From contig CAXXTF010000002.1 in the NCBI GenBank assembly GCA_963665775.2, positions 608,001 through 672,000 on the forward strand: 64,000 nucleotides of DNA, given 5' to 3'. The position numbers and the translations under genes are program-made. The notes beneath the pieces were generated by a model, which worked only from the letters and a program-made list of their open reading frames with translations, was not told where the DNA came from and ran no database searches. How positions within the stretch are numbered: position 1 is the first letter of the stretch; each line of letters opens with the position of its first letter. Positions 1-9,679 of this stretch are shown here, piece by piece. Source of the stretch: Dehalococcoidia bacterium. Lineage in GTDB: Bacteria > Chloroflexota > Dehalococcoidia > SM23-28-2 > RBG-16-64-32.

Positions 1-197
1 CGAACGTACCGCTCGTTCAGTCCGGCCGCCTCGGCGATCTGGTGACTGGTTGACGGAGGCCGGCCGGCCATAGTCTCGAACAGACCTGTCTGGTGGCCGA
101 TACTCGACATAAGCGCAAGCGCCGCCCCATTCAGGATGCCCACCATCCGGCTGGCGAACGCCTCCACCTTCTGATGGTCGAGCTCTTCAGATGCCAC
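1..197 (-). CDS. SAM-dependent methyltransferase with N-terminal wHTH (Rv2258c-like), 5' part only, runs off window
   Basis: Manual translation from GTG at 197: MASEELDHQKVEAFASRMVGILNGAALALMSSIGHQTGLFETMAGRPPSTSHQIAEAAGLNERYVR; GGGGAG upstream. Confidence 0.75.
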   Translation of the reverse strand, partial: MASEELDHQKVEAFASRMVGILNGAALALMSSIGHQTGLFETMAGRPPSTSHQIAEAAGLNERYV

Positions 198-234
198 GAC
201 CCACTCCCCAGAAAGCCACGTGAGAGGCCGAGCC

Positions 235-780
235 TTAGTCGCCCAGCAGGGTGGGATAGGCCATTGCTATGACGTCCTCCACGTATTCGGAGCGCCAGCC
301 GGCACCGGGGACAGGGTGGTGACGATCGCGGAACCACTGGTGAATCTTGAGGTATTGCTCCTCCAGATGGCGGCGGCCCGATGCCTCCTCCTCGAACAGG
401 CCGGGGTCCACGTCTTCCAGGCGCTTCTCCATCTCCTGCGGGTCGATATCCAGATCTTCGCGCCAGTATTCCGCCAGGTAATCGAGAGCTTCCTCAAGGC
501 GGTGGCGACATTCCTCCAGGAGGGCGACCATGAAACCTTCCTCATCGACGCGGCGGCCCCTGAGACGGACCTCGACAGCGCAACCCTCGCAGAGGGCAAC
601 GAACTTGCGGCTATCGCAGTCCTCACGCTTTGTGCACGCCTCGCAAAAAGGTGCCCAGGCGCTGGCCTCAGGGGTACGCAGATAGCCGACCAAGACCTCG
701 GCGGTGAGGCCCCCGCAACGGGGGCAGGAGAGCCTCTTAGCCAGGATATCGTCAATCGTGCGTTGCCAGTCGATCTGCAT
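235..780 (-). CDS. Hypothetical protein with Cys-rich (CxxC) N-terminus
   Basis: 181 aa ORF with CPRC, CEAC, CEGC motifs and acidic helical C-terminus. Confidence 0.7.
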   Translation of the reverse strand: MQIDWQRTIDDILAKRLSCPRCGGLTAEVLVGYLRTPEASAWAPFCEACTKREDCDSRKFVALCEGCAVEVRLRGRRVDEEGFMVALLEECRHRLEEALDYLAEYWREDLDIDPQEMEKRLEDVDPGLFEEEASGRRHLEEQYLKIHQWFRDRHHPVPGAGWRSEYVEDVIAMAYPTLLGD

Positions 781-854
781 TCTCTTTCCGGTTAGGTTAG
801 GCTACATCAACCACAAATTTAGCACGGTTTATGATAAGACTTCTATCCCTGCTG

Positions 855-1352
855 TCAACCGGCTTGCATGGCACCGAAGTCCAGCTTAAACCAGCCCGTC
901 TGCCCCGGTGCTTCCTCCACGCCCACCGTCACGCTGCCAAGATGGGTGACACCGGCGGCCCGCAGCTCCTCCGCCAGACGCCCGGCCAACCATTCCGCCA
1001 GACGCTCAGCGGTGGAGTTGTCGATGGGCAGAGCGACCACATCGGCCTTCGGTATGACATAACGTCGGCCCTGAGAACGAATCTCGTACTCCACGTCGTT
1101 CTCCACGACATCAAGGTCCGAATTCCGCTCTGGCAGCAGGAAGCGGTGGTCAAGCTGACGGCAGATGCCGCCGACGATCCGCTTGACCTGGGAGAAGTCC
1201 AGCACCCAGGAGTCCACCGTCAGGTCGCCCTCGATCTCCACCAGCACGTCATAGTTATGACCGTGCAGAGGCTCGCACTCACCACCGAACGTCGTAAAGT
1301 GAGCGGCCGCAAACCGAAGGGCATTGCGTTCAACCGTAATCCGGTGCGTCAT
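855..1352 (-). CDS. queD: 6-carboxytetrahydropterin synthase / PTPS family (QueD-like)
   Basis: FAAAHF, CEPLHGHNY, LDHRFL, STAERLA and VEE motifs. Confidence 0.8.
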   Translation of the reverse strand: MTHRITVERNALRFAAAHFTTFGGECEPLHGHNYDVLVEIEGDLTVDSWVLDFSQVKRIVGGICRQLDHRFLLPERNSDLDVVENDVEYEIRSQGRRYVIPKADVVALPIDNSTAERLAEWLAGRLAEELRAAGVTHLGSVTVGVEEAPGQTGWFKLDFGAMQAG

Positions 1353-1423
1353 GGCGATTAGGCATCGATAACACAGGGCTGCGACCCAGATGGTAACTAT
1401 ACCATCTGCACCGCCTATTGTTG

Positions 1424-1451
1424 TGTTCGCACTATATATCTTATGTTGAGA
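1424..1451. other. Candidate XerCD dif site
   Basis: TGTTCGCACTA-TATATC-TTATGTTGAGA against E. coli dif GGTGCGCATAA-TGTATA-TTATGTTAAAT; 11-6-11 geometry, intergenic. Confidence 0.55.
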
Positions 1452-1516
1452 ACTAGCTGCGCGGACCGCTAGCTAGCCCCGGCCTGACCCAGACTTGGCC
1501 CTCTGGCAGGTGGGCG

Positions 1517-1810
1517 CTATGGCAGAGAACCGACGATGCTCCGGTACTCGTCCTCAGTGAACGCCTTCAGGCTGTTAGTGCGGACGTTGCCCAGCGAGCC
1601 CACCTGAAGAAGGACGCGGGCGCCCGTCTCATCGTCGGGCACCTCAAATACCACCGCGAAATCGTACTCCCCCATGGTCAGGTAGAAGGAGATTACCCGC
1701 CCCCCAGCAGCCTGGACCGCCTGCTTGAACGCATCGAGTCGCTGGAGGCCGTCTTTGACGTTTCGAATGCCCTGGTCAGTCCAGTTGGCCAAAGTAAGAT
1801 AGCTGGGCAT
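1517..1810 (-). CDS. GYD domain protein
   Basis: MPSYLTLANWTDQG...YLTMGEYD...GNVRT; GGAGGAG upstream of ATG 1810. Confidence 0.85.
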   Translation of the reverse strand: MPSYLTLANWTDQGIRNVKDGLQRLDAFKQAVQAAGGRVISFYLTMGEYDFAVVFEVPDDETGARVLLQVGSLGNVRTNSLKAFTEDEYRSIVGSLP

Positions 1811-2235
1811 GATTCTCCTCCCTCTCTGAAAGCCAGACAAAGCGTTGTGCGCCACAAGATTAGTCCTCGCCCCCCAGCCTGTCAATCGGAATTGTGCTGC
1901 GTTCGGCCGGCCGCTGGGGCGTTTTACGTTCGATCAATCGCTGGTTGGCAAACGCTGGCGGGCCAGCTGCTGGCTGACGCGGAAGAAGGCGCGAGCAGGG
2001 GCGTTGAGACGGCCTTCGCTCGCCTCGTCAGCCGCCCCCTGGCCTGGGGCTATCGGTGGCGCCCTACACAACGCCGCAAATTGCCAGAGGAAAGAGAGCA
2101 ATGCTAGACTGAACGCAGATACTTAGAGTTTCCGGCAGACGGCGATAGGCGAAACAACCAACGCGCGAAAATCGTAATCATTCATGAGGAACGGCGTCTA
2201 AGGCTGGACGGTTATGTCGATTCGGAAGAGGTGAC

Positions 2236-3462
2236 ATGATGTGGAAAGCGGCAAAGTGGGGGATGTTCTCGCTGGTGGTAGCCCTGGCCATCGTCCTGGC
2301 GGGCATCGTGGGATTCGCCATAGGCGAAGACGGCGAATCGCCAACGGTAACCGTCACACAACCGGAACCCGCCCGCTTCGAGATACTGGACGAGATCTAC
2401 CAGATCCTGGGAGAGTCGTTCGTCGATCCGAATTCTGTCGACATCGACGTCCTGCGGGACGGAGCCATCAACGGCATCCTAGAGGCGCTAGGCGACCCTC
2501 ACACCGTCTACATAACACCGGCGGAGTTCGAGCTGGGCATCGACCCTATTACCGGAGCGTTCGAAGGTATCGGGGCCCAAGTCGAACTTGACCCGATAAC
2601 CGGCGACATCGTCATCGTGACGCCGTTCCGCGACTCGCCCGCGGAGAAGGCCGGAATACGCCCGGGCGACATAGTGCGCGCAGTGGACGGCGAGACTACC
2701 GAGGGCTGGTCCGTAGCACAGGCAGTTAGACGCATCCGTGGCACAGCGGGCACCCTAGTAACGCTAACGATCGAGCACGCCGACAGCACCTCCGAGGAGG
2801 TGCCCATCACACGGGACACCATCGTGATCCAGACACTATTCGCCCGCCCGATCGTGGACGCCGACGGAGAGCCAGTCGAGGACCTCGCATACATCGAGCT
2901 GGAGCAGTTCACGGAGCAGACGGTGACCGAGCTGCGGGACGAGCTCAGGCGGATCAGCGACGAAGGCTACGCCGGCCTCATTCTCGACCTCAGACGTAAT
3001 CCAGGCGGCTCCCTGCAAGCGACCGTGGACGTCGCCGACATGTTCCTGGACGGAGGAGTGGTGCTGACCCAGGTAGACCGCGATGGCAGTGAGACGGTGT
3101 TCGAAGCGAGGCCCGGCGGCGAGGCCACGGATATACCCATGGTGATCCTGATCGGCCCTGGCTCAGCCAGCGGCTCTGAGGTGGTAGCCGGTGCCCTGCG
3201 CGATCACGGCCGGGCTGTCCTCATCGGCCAGCAAACCTTCGGCAAGGGTTCTGTCAATCAGCTCCGCACCCTCTCCGACGCGGGCGCCCTCTACGTCACA
3301 ATCGCCCGTTGGCTCACCCCCAATGGCGAGCAGATCGAGGGGGTGGGACTGCTGCCCGACATCACCGTAGAGGCGTCAGAGGACGAGCTGGTGACCGGCG
3401 CCGGGCCTCAGCTTTATAGTGCCATCGATCTCCTGCGTGCCGGCCTGATACAAGCTCAGTAA
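2236..3462 (+). CDS. ctpA: S41 family C-terminal processing peptidase (PDZ)
   Basis: N-terminal TM; GIGA PDZ, DLRRNPGG, SASGSE and TFGKGSV motifs. Confidence 0.9.
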   Translation: MMWKAAKWGMFSLVVALAIVLAGIVGFAIGEDGESPTVTVTQPEPARFEILDEIYQILGESFVDPNSVDIDVLRDGAINGILEALGDPHTVYITPAEFELGIDPITGAFEGIGAQVELDPITGDIVIVTPFRDSPAEKAGIRPGDIVRAVDGETTEGWSVAQAVRRIRGTAGTLVTLTIEHADSTSEEVPITRDTIVIQTLFARPIVDADGEPVEDLAYIELEQFTEQTVTELRDELRRISDEGYAGLILDLRRNPGGSLQATVDVADMFLDGGVVLTQVDRDGSETVFEARPGGEATDIPMVILIGPGSASGSEVVAGALRDHGRAVLIGQQTFGKGSVNQLRTLSDAGALYVTIARWLTPNGEQIEGVGLLPDITVEASEDELVTGAGPQLYSAIDLLRAGLIQAQ

Positions 3463-3496
3463 GGGTTATGTCAACCCCTCCCCGACGAGGACATCC

Positions 3497-3949
3497 TTGG
3501 ACGACAAGACCATCACGGTCAACCGAAAGGCACGGTACGACTACCACATTCTGAAAACCCTGGAGGCCGGTCTGTCCCTCCTGGGCACAGAGATCAAGTC
3601 CATCCGCGAGGGCCGCGTGAGCATACGCGAGGCCTACGTGAGGCCGCAGGAGGACGAGTTGTGGCTCGTCGGCGCCCATGTGGCTCAGTATCCACCCGCC
3701 AGCGCCAAGAACCACGACCCCACCCGTAACCGTCGCCTGCTGCTGCACCGGAAGGAGATACGGGATCTGGCCAGAGCCGTAGCGGCGGAGGGGGTTACCG
3801 TGGTGCCCCTGCGGCTCTACCTGAAGCGCGGCCGGGCCAAGCTGGAGATCGCGCTGGCCCGGGGGAAGAAGCATTACGACAAGCGCGCAGCGATCGCCAA
3901 GCGGGAATCTGATCGGCGGATGCAACAGGCCCTCCGCCACAGAGGCTAG
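3497..3949 (+). CDS. smpB: SsrA-binding protein
   Basis: NRKARYDY, EAGLSLLGTEIKS, GKKHYDKR; directly upstream of tmRNA. Confidence 0.97.
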   Translation: MDDKTITVNRKARYDYHILKTLEAGLSLLGTEIKSIREGRVSIREAYVRPQEDELWLVGAHVAQYPPASAKNHDPTRNRRLLLHRKEIRDLARAVAAEGVTVVPLRLYLKRGRAKLEIALARGKKHYDKRAAIAKRESDRRMQQALRHRG

Positions 3950-4000
3950 CGCAGCCCGTCATCCCGCAAAGACCTACCATCCAGAGAGCCCCTCGCCTCG

Positions 4001-4009
4001 TGTTATAAT
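4001..4009 (+). promoter_or_regulatory. Extended -10 promoter of ssrA
   Basis: TGnTATAAT 8 nt before the tmRNA 5' end. Confidence 0.7.
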
Positions 4010-4017
4010 AGTCTCGC

Positions 4018-4372
4018 GGGGACGCAAGGGTTCGACAGGGAAGGTTGAGCCCGGATTGCAAGCCGAGGTCGCCACCACACCTCGCTAAACCGGTGGCGAA
4101 AAAATAACTGGCGAAAACCAGTACGCTCTAGCCGCCTAATAGCGGTGGCTACGTCGGCTCCAGGCCTCTCCTCGACGGGCCGGATCCGGCGTCACGAAGT
4201 CGAGGTGCGGCTCCCCTGACGCCGATACGGGGGCCAAAGACTCATCGGCTGGCCTGCCGGTTACTGTGCTGGCGGAGGTACGGCGGGCGAGACCCAAACG
4301 CCGGCTAAGCTTGTAGATATCCGGAGAGGTCTTCCACTGGACGAGGGGTTCAATTCCCCTCCGTCTCCACCA
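4018..4372 (+). ncRNA. ssrA: tmRNA; tag peptide (A)GENQYALAA at 4110-4139
   Basis: 5' GGGGACG..GGTTCGAC; 3' T-arm GGTTCAATTCC and CGTCTCCACCA; AATAACT before the resume codon; tag ends YALAA-stop. Confidence 0.96.
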
Positions 4373-4385
4373 CACCGTCCACTAT

Positions 4386-4411
4386 GGGGCCGACCATTTG
4401 GCTCCTATTTT
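4386..4411 (+). terminator. Probable intrinsic terminator after ssrA
   Basis: GGGGCCGA-CCAT-TTGGCTCC stem followed by TATTTT. Confidence 0.5.
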
Positions 4412-4502
4412 CGTTGGGGCTCTGAGGCTCCACAAGAGACGGGCCGGCATGGCCCATCAGTGGGTATTCCGAGGTTGTGCCGCGATCGTCTAGCTGCCCC
4501 GG

Positions 4503-4877
4503 TTACCAGAGTGAGTGGATAACCGTAGACCCGTGCAATACCGCAACCTTCACTCTACTGGCCCAGCTAACGAAGGCGCCAAAGTCATCCCAGGTCTCGG
4601 CACCCATCTTCCAATGATCCGCTAGGCCGGCTGGGGTCTCATACACTTCATCAAGGACGAAGCAAGTGTTGCCCGTGGGCGCGGACGACGGGTCCAACGG
4701 ATTCGACAACTCCGGCCCCTTCACGACGTTGTAATGCCGTAGGGCCAGGTCCCCCTCGCGGTGGTGGGTTCTTTCCATCCACGGCGCGTGGCTCGCGAAG
4801 AGTCGGTCGCCTTCCGCTACCTGGTCTGGGGTGGCGGTGAAGATAAAGGTGAGCTGGCTCTTACCCTGATGCGACAT
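4503..4877 (-). CDS. Hypothetical protein (dimeric alpha/beta-barrel-like)
   Basis: AAGGAGG upstream of ATG 4877; 124 aa. Confidence 0.65.
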   Translation of the reverse strand: MSHQGKSQLTFIFTATPDQVAEGDRLFASHAPWMERTHHREGDLALRHYNVVKGPELSNPLDPSSAPTGNTCFVLDEVYETPAGLADHWKMGAETWDDFGAFVSWASRVKVAVLHGSTVIHSLW

Positions 4878-5238
4878 CGTCCCCTCCTTATAATACCCTT
4901 CTCGGTTGTGATCTTTCTGTCCTCCGTAGCCGGGATGTTCCATTTCAGTCAGCCTGGGCGCGAGCAAAGCACGACCGACAACGAGAGGGTCGGTAATAGT
5001 TTCTATCTCGCAGACTGTCAACCTGTGGGGGCGCGGGCTGCCAGCACTCGTATAGCCGTCCGGAGAGCCCCTGAACGATCTCGTTCAAGGAACCGCCGCG
5101 AACGCCGCGATTGCTCGCTCGCCGCCCCGTTCACGCATGCTCACAATTCCGTACACGCGCTTGTTACCGTGCTTGTTACAATGACGCCCCCCTGATATAC
5201 TCCCCCCTAGACATTTCAACGCTTAGAGGAGCTATTGT

Positions 5239-6072
5239 TTGGCCACAGCGGTATCCATGAAAGCCCTGTTAGAGGCCGGGGTTCACTTCGGTCACCAGAC
5301 CCGTCGCTGGAACCCCAAGATGAAGCGATTCATCTTCGCCGAACGCAACGGCATTCACATTATAGATCTCCAACAGACCGTCGAGGGCATAGAGGAAGCC
5401 TGTGAGTACGTCCGCGATCTAGTCGCGACCGGCGGCGTCGTCCTTTTCGTCGGCACCAAACGCCAGGCTCAGGAAACCGTAGAGTCGGAAGCGAAGCGCT
5501 GCGGCATGCCGTACGTCACCACCCGCTGGCTCGGCGGCACCTTCACCAACTTCCACACCATCCAGAGCCGCATCGATCACCTCGTCCGCCTCGAGGATGC
5601 CAAAGCCCGCGGCGAACTGGACGCCTTGCCCAAGAGAGAGAGACTCCGCAACGAAGAAGAGATCGCCCGCCTCAACCGCTACCTGGCCGGCATCAAAGAG
5701 ATGACCGCCCTCCCCAGCGCGATCTATATCATCGACACGACCAAGGAAACCATCGCCGTCGCCGAGGCCCTTCGCGCCGGCATCGCCATCACCGCCCTCG
5801 TTGACACCAACAGCGACCCAGACGTCGTCGATTACCCTATCCCCTCCAACGACGACGCTATCCGCGCCATCAAGCTCATCACCGCCCGCATCGCTGACGC
5901 CGTTCTGGAAGGCCTCACCGTTCGCGAATACGCTCAGAAAGCCGAGCTGGAGGCGGAAGGGATCGAGGTTAGCGCCTATCAGGAGACCGGCTACATCGCT
6001 TCCCCAGATGAACCCGAACCCACCCGCGAAGAAGAGCCCGCTACCGAGACCCAGGCCACCGACCCCGGCTAG
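5239..6072 (+). CDS. rpsB: 30S ribosomal protein S2
   Basis: [32 protein letters not shown]. Confidence 0.98.
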   Translation: MATAVSMKALLEAGVHFGHQTRRWNPKMKRFIFAERNGIHIIDLQQTVEGIEEACEYVRDLVATGGVVLFVGTKRQAQETVESEAKRCGMPYVTTRWLGGTFTNFHTIQSRIDHLVRLEDAKARGELDALPKRERLRNEEEIARLNRYLAGIKEMTALPSAIYIIDTTKETIAVAEALRAGIAITALVDTNSDPDVVDYPIPSNDDAIRAIKLITARIADAVLEGLTVREYAQKAELEAEGIEVSAYQETGYIASPDEPEPTREEEPATETQATDPG

Positions 6073-6093
6073 ACCCGGGCAGGAGAGCTACAC

Positions 6094-6597
6094 GTGGCGA
6101 TATCGTCTGAGGCTGTAAGAGAGCTGCGCGAACTCACCGGCGTCGGCATCCTCGAATGCAAGCGTGCCCTTGAGGAAACCGACGGCGATCTGGAGAAGGC
6201 CAAAGACAGCCTCCGCAAGAAGGGCCTCGCGGTCGCCGCCAAGAGATCAGATCGCGCCACCACCCAAGGCCTCGTCCAGGCCTACGTGCATCACGACGGC
6301 CGCCTTGGCGCCCTGGCCGAACTCAACTGCGAATCAGACTTCGTCGCCCGAACGGAGGACTTCCGCCAGCTCGCCCAGCAGATCGCTCTCCAGGTTGCCG
6401 GCACCAACCCCAGCTACCTTTCCCCCGAAGAGATTCCCGAGGGCAGCGACGGCGACCCTAAGGAGCTCTGCCTCCTCCTCCAACCCTTCATCCGAGATGA
6501 GTCTCTCACCGTCCAGGACCTCGTCACAGATACAATCCGCAAGACCGGCGAGAATATCCGCATCCGCCGCTTCGCCCGATTCGAGCTGGGCCGCTAA
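6094..6597 (+). CDS. tsf: Elongation factor Ts (short form)
   Basis: ELRELTG, ELNCESDFVART, GENIRIRRFARF. Confidence 0.96.
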   Translation: MAISSEAVRELRELTGVGILECKRALEETDGDLEKAKDSLRKKGLAVAAKRSDRATTQGLVQAYVHHDGRLGALAELNCESDFVARTEDFRQLAQQIALQVAGTNPSYLSPEEIPEGSDGDPKELCLLLQPFIRDESLTVQDLVTDTIRKTGENIRIRRFARFELGR

Positions 6598-6609
6598 GGG
6601 GCGCCTTCC

Positions 6610-7374
6610 ATGAATGGCCCTCCCCATGAGCGCATCCTCATCAAGCTAAGCGGCGAAGCCCTCCAGGGCGACCAGTCTTACGGCATCAACACCGGCATGC
6701 TCGACACAATTGCCGCGCAACTGAAGAACGTCCAGCAGATGGGCCTTCAGGTCGCCATCGTCGTCGGTGGCGGCAACATCTTCCGCGGCGCCGCGGCCTC
6801 GGACGCCGGCATGGACCGCGCCACCGGCGATTACGCGGGCATGCTCGCCACCATTATCAACGCCCTTGCCCTCCAGGACGCCCTGGAGCGCAACGGCCTC
6901 ACCGTCCGCACCCAGTCCGCCATCGCCGTTACCGCCGTCGCCGAACCCTACATCCGCCGCCGCGCCATCCGTCACCTGGAGAAGGGCCGCGTCGTCATCT
7001 TCGCCGCCGGCACCGGCAACCCCTACATGAGCACCGATACCGCCGCCGCCCTGCGCGCCATCGAGATCGACGCCAAGATCCTTCTCATGGCCAAAAAGAA
7101 CGTCGACGGCGTCTACGAGGCGGACCCCATTACGGAGCCCGCCGCGCGCAAGTTCCATACCCTCTCCTACCTCGATGCCATCAACCGCCGCCTCCAGGTG
7201 ATGGACTCCACCGCCCTCTCCTTGTGCATGGACAACTCCCTCCCCATCATCGTCTTCGACCTCCGGTCCGCCAATAGTATCGAGCGGGCCGCCTCCGGCA
7301 GCCACACCGGCACCACCGTCGGCGACCTACAGACCGTTTTAGAAGAACCCTCTACCCCCAGACCCACCCGCTGA
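6610..7374 (+). CDS. pyrH: UMP kinase
   Basis: [25 protein letters not shown]. Confidence 0.97.
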   Translation: MNGPPHERILIKLSGEALQGDQSYGINTGMLDTIAAQLKNVQQMGLQVAIVVGGGNIFRGAAASDAGMDRATGDYAGMLATIINALALQDALERNGLTVRTQSAIAVTAVAEPYIRRRAIRHLEKGRVVIFAAGTGNPYMSTDTAAALRAIEIDAKILLMAKKNVDGVYEADPITEPAARKFHTLSYLDAINRRLQVMDSTALSLCMDNSLPIIVFDLRSANSIERAASGSHTGTTVGDLQTVLEEPSTPRPTR

Positions 7375-7381
7375 GCCAGCC

Positions 7382-7939
7382 ATGGTACAGGAAGCTACTC
7401 AAGACGCCAAGGAGCGAATGCTTAAGTCCATCGATTCCCTCCGCCGCGATCTGGCAGGCCTCCGTACCGGTCGCGCCAGCCCCGGCCTCGTCGAACACCT
7501 CAGGGTAGACTACTACGGCGCTCCCACCCCTCTTAATCAGATCGCCACCATCACCACACCCGAGGCCCGCCTCATCGTTATCCAACCCTGGGACCACTCC
7601 GGCCTCAACGCCATCGAGAAGGCGATCCTCAAGTCAGACCTGGGCCTCAACCCAACCAACGACGGCACCATCATCCGCCTCGCCATCCCACCCCTGACCG
7701 AGGAACGCCGCCGCGATCTCGTCAGACATCTCCACAAGCGCATCGAAGAGTCCCGCGTCGCCGTCCGCAACGTCCGCCGCGACTGTCACGAGCAGATCCG
7801 CCGCCTTGAACGCGACCACGACATATCTCAGGACGACCTCCGCCGCTCCGAGGCCGACCTCCAAAAGCTCACCGACGAGCAGGTCAGGGAGATCGATAAG
7901 CTGGGCGAAGAGAAAGAGGCGGACCTTCTGGCCATCTGA
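7382..7939 (+). CDS. frr: Ribosome recycling factor
   Basis: LRTGRAS, DYYG, PPLTEERRRDL, RNVRRD. Confidence 0.97.
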   Translation: MVQEATQDAKERMLKSIDSLRRDLAGLRTGRASPGLVEHLRVDYYGAPTPLNQIATITTPEARLIVIQPWDHSGLNAIEKAILKSDLGLNPTNDGTIIRLAIPPLTEERRRDLVRHLHKRIEESRVAVRNVRRDCHEQIRRLERDHDISQDDLRRSEADLQKLTDEQVREIDKLGEEKEADLLAI

Positions 7940-7981
7940 CTGCCAGCGGCAACTCAACCGCCGCCAAACTGTTCTATACTT

Positions 7982-8821
7982 GTGACAACCATGGCCACCG
8001 CTCTGCGTCCCCACCATCAGCCCTCATCCTCATCCCCCCTACCGCTACCCCATATCCCTGACCACGTCGCCATCATTATGGATGGCAACGGCCGCTGGGC
8101 CCGGGCCAGGGGACGTCCCCGCCTGTCCGGCCATCGCGCCGGCACCGAGAACCTCCGCCGCGTCATAGAACGCTTCGCTGACTATAGCGTCTCCCACCTC
8201 ACCCTCTACGCCTTCTCCACGGAGAACTGGAACCGCCCGAAACGGGAGGTCAGCGGCCTTATGAGCATCCTCTCGCGCTACCTCAAGCGCGAGACCGAAC
8301 GACTCCACCAGAACGGTATCCGCCTCCTCCACATCGGCAATCTGGACGCCCTCGACCCTCGGCTCCAGCACCAGGTCCGCGACGCCACGCAGCTCACCAG
8401 GAATAACCGCCGTATGACCCTCACCATCGCCTTCAACTACGGCGGCCGCGCCGAAATCGTGGACGCCGTTCGCCGCATAGTCAGCAGCGGCATACTCCCG
8501 GAACAGATAGACGAGGCTCTCTTCGCCGCTTACCTTTCCACCGCGTCTCTCCCCGATCCGGACCTCATCATCCGCACTGCCGGTGAGATGCGCATCTCCA
8601 ACTTCCTCCTCTGGCAAGGCGCCTATGCCGAGTTCTGCACCACTCCCGTCTACTGGCCGGACTTCGACATCGACGAGATCGATGAGGCACTCATATCCTA
8701 TAGCCAGCGCAAGCGTCGCTTTGGCGGCCTCCTCCCTGAGGAGGTTGACTACCCGATCCCTCCCCGCAACGGCAAGAACGGCGATCGTACCCAGCTCCGC
8801 CGCAACGGCCGGAAAACTTAA
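7982..8821 (+). CDS. uppS: Polyprenyl (undecaprenyl) diphosphate synthase
   Basis: HVAIIMDGNGRWA, YAFSTENWNRP, RISNFLLWQ. Confidence 0.96.
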   Translation: MTTMATALRPHHQPSSSSPLPLPHIPDHVAIIMDGNGRWARARGRPRLSGHRAGTENLRRVIERFADYSVSHLTLYAFSTENWNRPKREVSGLMSILSRYLKRETERLHQNGIRLLHIGNLDALDPRLQHQVRDATQLTRNNRRMTLTIAFNYGGRAEIVDAVRRIVSSGILPEQIDEALFAAYLSTASLPDPDLIIRTAGEMRISNFLLWQGAYAEFCTTPVYWPDFDIDEIDEALISYSQRKRRFGGLLPEEVDYPIPPRNGKNGDRTQLRRNGRKT

Positions 8822-8830
8822 CGCCGCCCC

Positions 8831-9679
8831 ATGCTCGCTCAGCGGGTCGCCACCGCCCTTATCGGCGTGCCCGTAATCCTCGGCCTCATCGTTTGGGGTG
8901 GTGTGGTCGCCTACTCCATCGCCGTCGCCATCATCCTGGCCGCCGCCGCCCTAGAGTTCTTCGCCGCCACTGATCCTGCACCACCGCCTCCCGGCAAGCG
9001 CTCCCCTCTCCCATTGGGCCTGGACCGTCTCCTGGAGCAGCGCCTTCCCGCCCTCCTGGGCACCGCCGCCATCGCCCTCCTGGTGGCCGGCGCCCACAAC
9101 GGTGGCGACTGGTGGACCGGCGCACTCGTACTTACGCTCTTCCTCACCTTCCTCATCCTCATCCTCCAGGGCGACACCGAGGCCGGCCTCCGCGATTGGC
9201 TGTGGGTCACGGGGGGAGCGGTTTACGTGGGATTCCTGGGCTCCCACCTCGTCCTCCTCCGACATCTAGATGACGGTCGCCAGTGGGTCGCGATCGTCAT
9301 CTTGGCCACCTGGGCTACAGACACCGCCGCCTACTTCGTCGGCCGCGCCATCGGTCGTATCCACATCACACCCAACATCAGCCCCAATAAGACCCTGGAA
9401 GGCTCCCTGGCCGGCCTCGTCGGCGGCTTCGGCGCCGTCCTCTTCCTCAACTGGCTCACCGGCCTCCAGGCCGACTTCGCCGACATTATCCCCATCGCCC
9501 TCCTCCTCCCCCTTGTCGCGCAGATCGGAGACCTCGCCGAATCACTCCTCAAGCGCAGCGTCGGGGTCAAGGACACGGGAGCGCTTATCCCGGGCCACGG
9601 CGGCTTTCTGGACCGGCTGGATAGCATCCTGTTCACTGCCCCTCTGGTATACTATCTTGTGAGATGGGTCATTCTGTAG
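8831..9679 (+). CDS. cdsA: Phosphatidate cytidylyltransferase
   Basis: SPNKTLEG, GDLAESLLKR, KDTGALIPGHGGFLDRLDS. Confidence 0.96.
   Translation: MLAQRVATALIGVPVILGLIVWGGVVAYSIAVAIILAAAALEFFAATDPAPPPPGKRSPLPLGLDRLLEQRLPALLGTAAIALLVAGAHNGGDWWTGALVLTLFLTFLILILQGDTEAGLRDWLWVTGGAVYVGFLGSHLVLLRHLDDGRQWVAIVILATWATDTAAYFVGRAIGRIHITPNISPNKTLEGSLAGLVGGFGAVLFLNWLTGLQADFADIIPIALLLPLVAQIGDLAESLLKRSVGVKDTGALIPGHGGFLDRLDSILFTAPLVYYLVRWVIL

Noticed and set aside
4373-5238. Possible ssrA-integrated island, with a GCTTGTTAC direct repeat near 5159-5179
   Set aside because: No integrase and no duplicated ssrA 3' end seen
6094-6597. EF-Ts looks truncated (167 aa)
   Set aside because: Short EF-Ts forms are known, and both terminal motifs are intact
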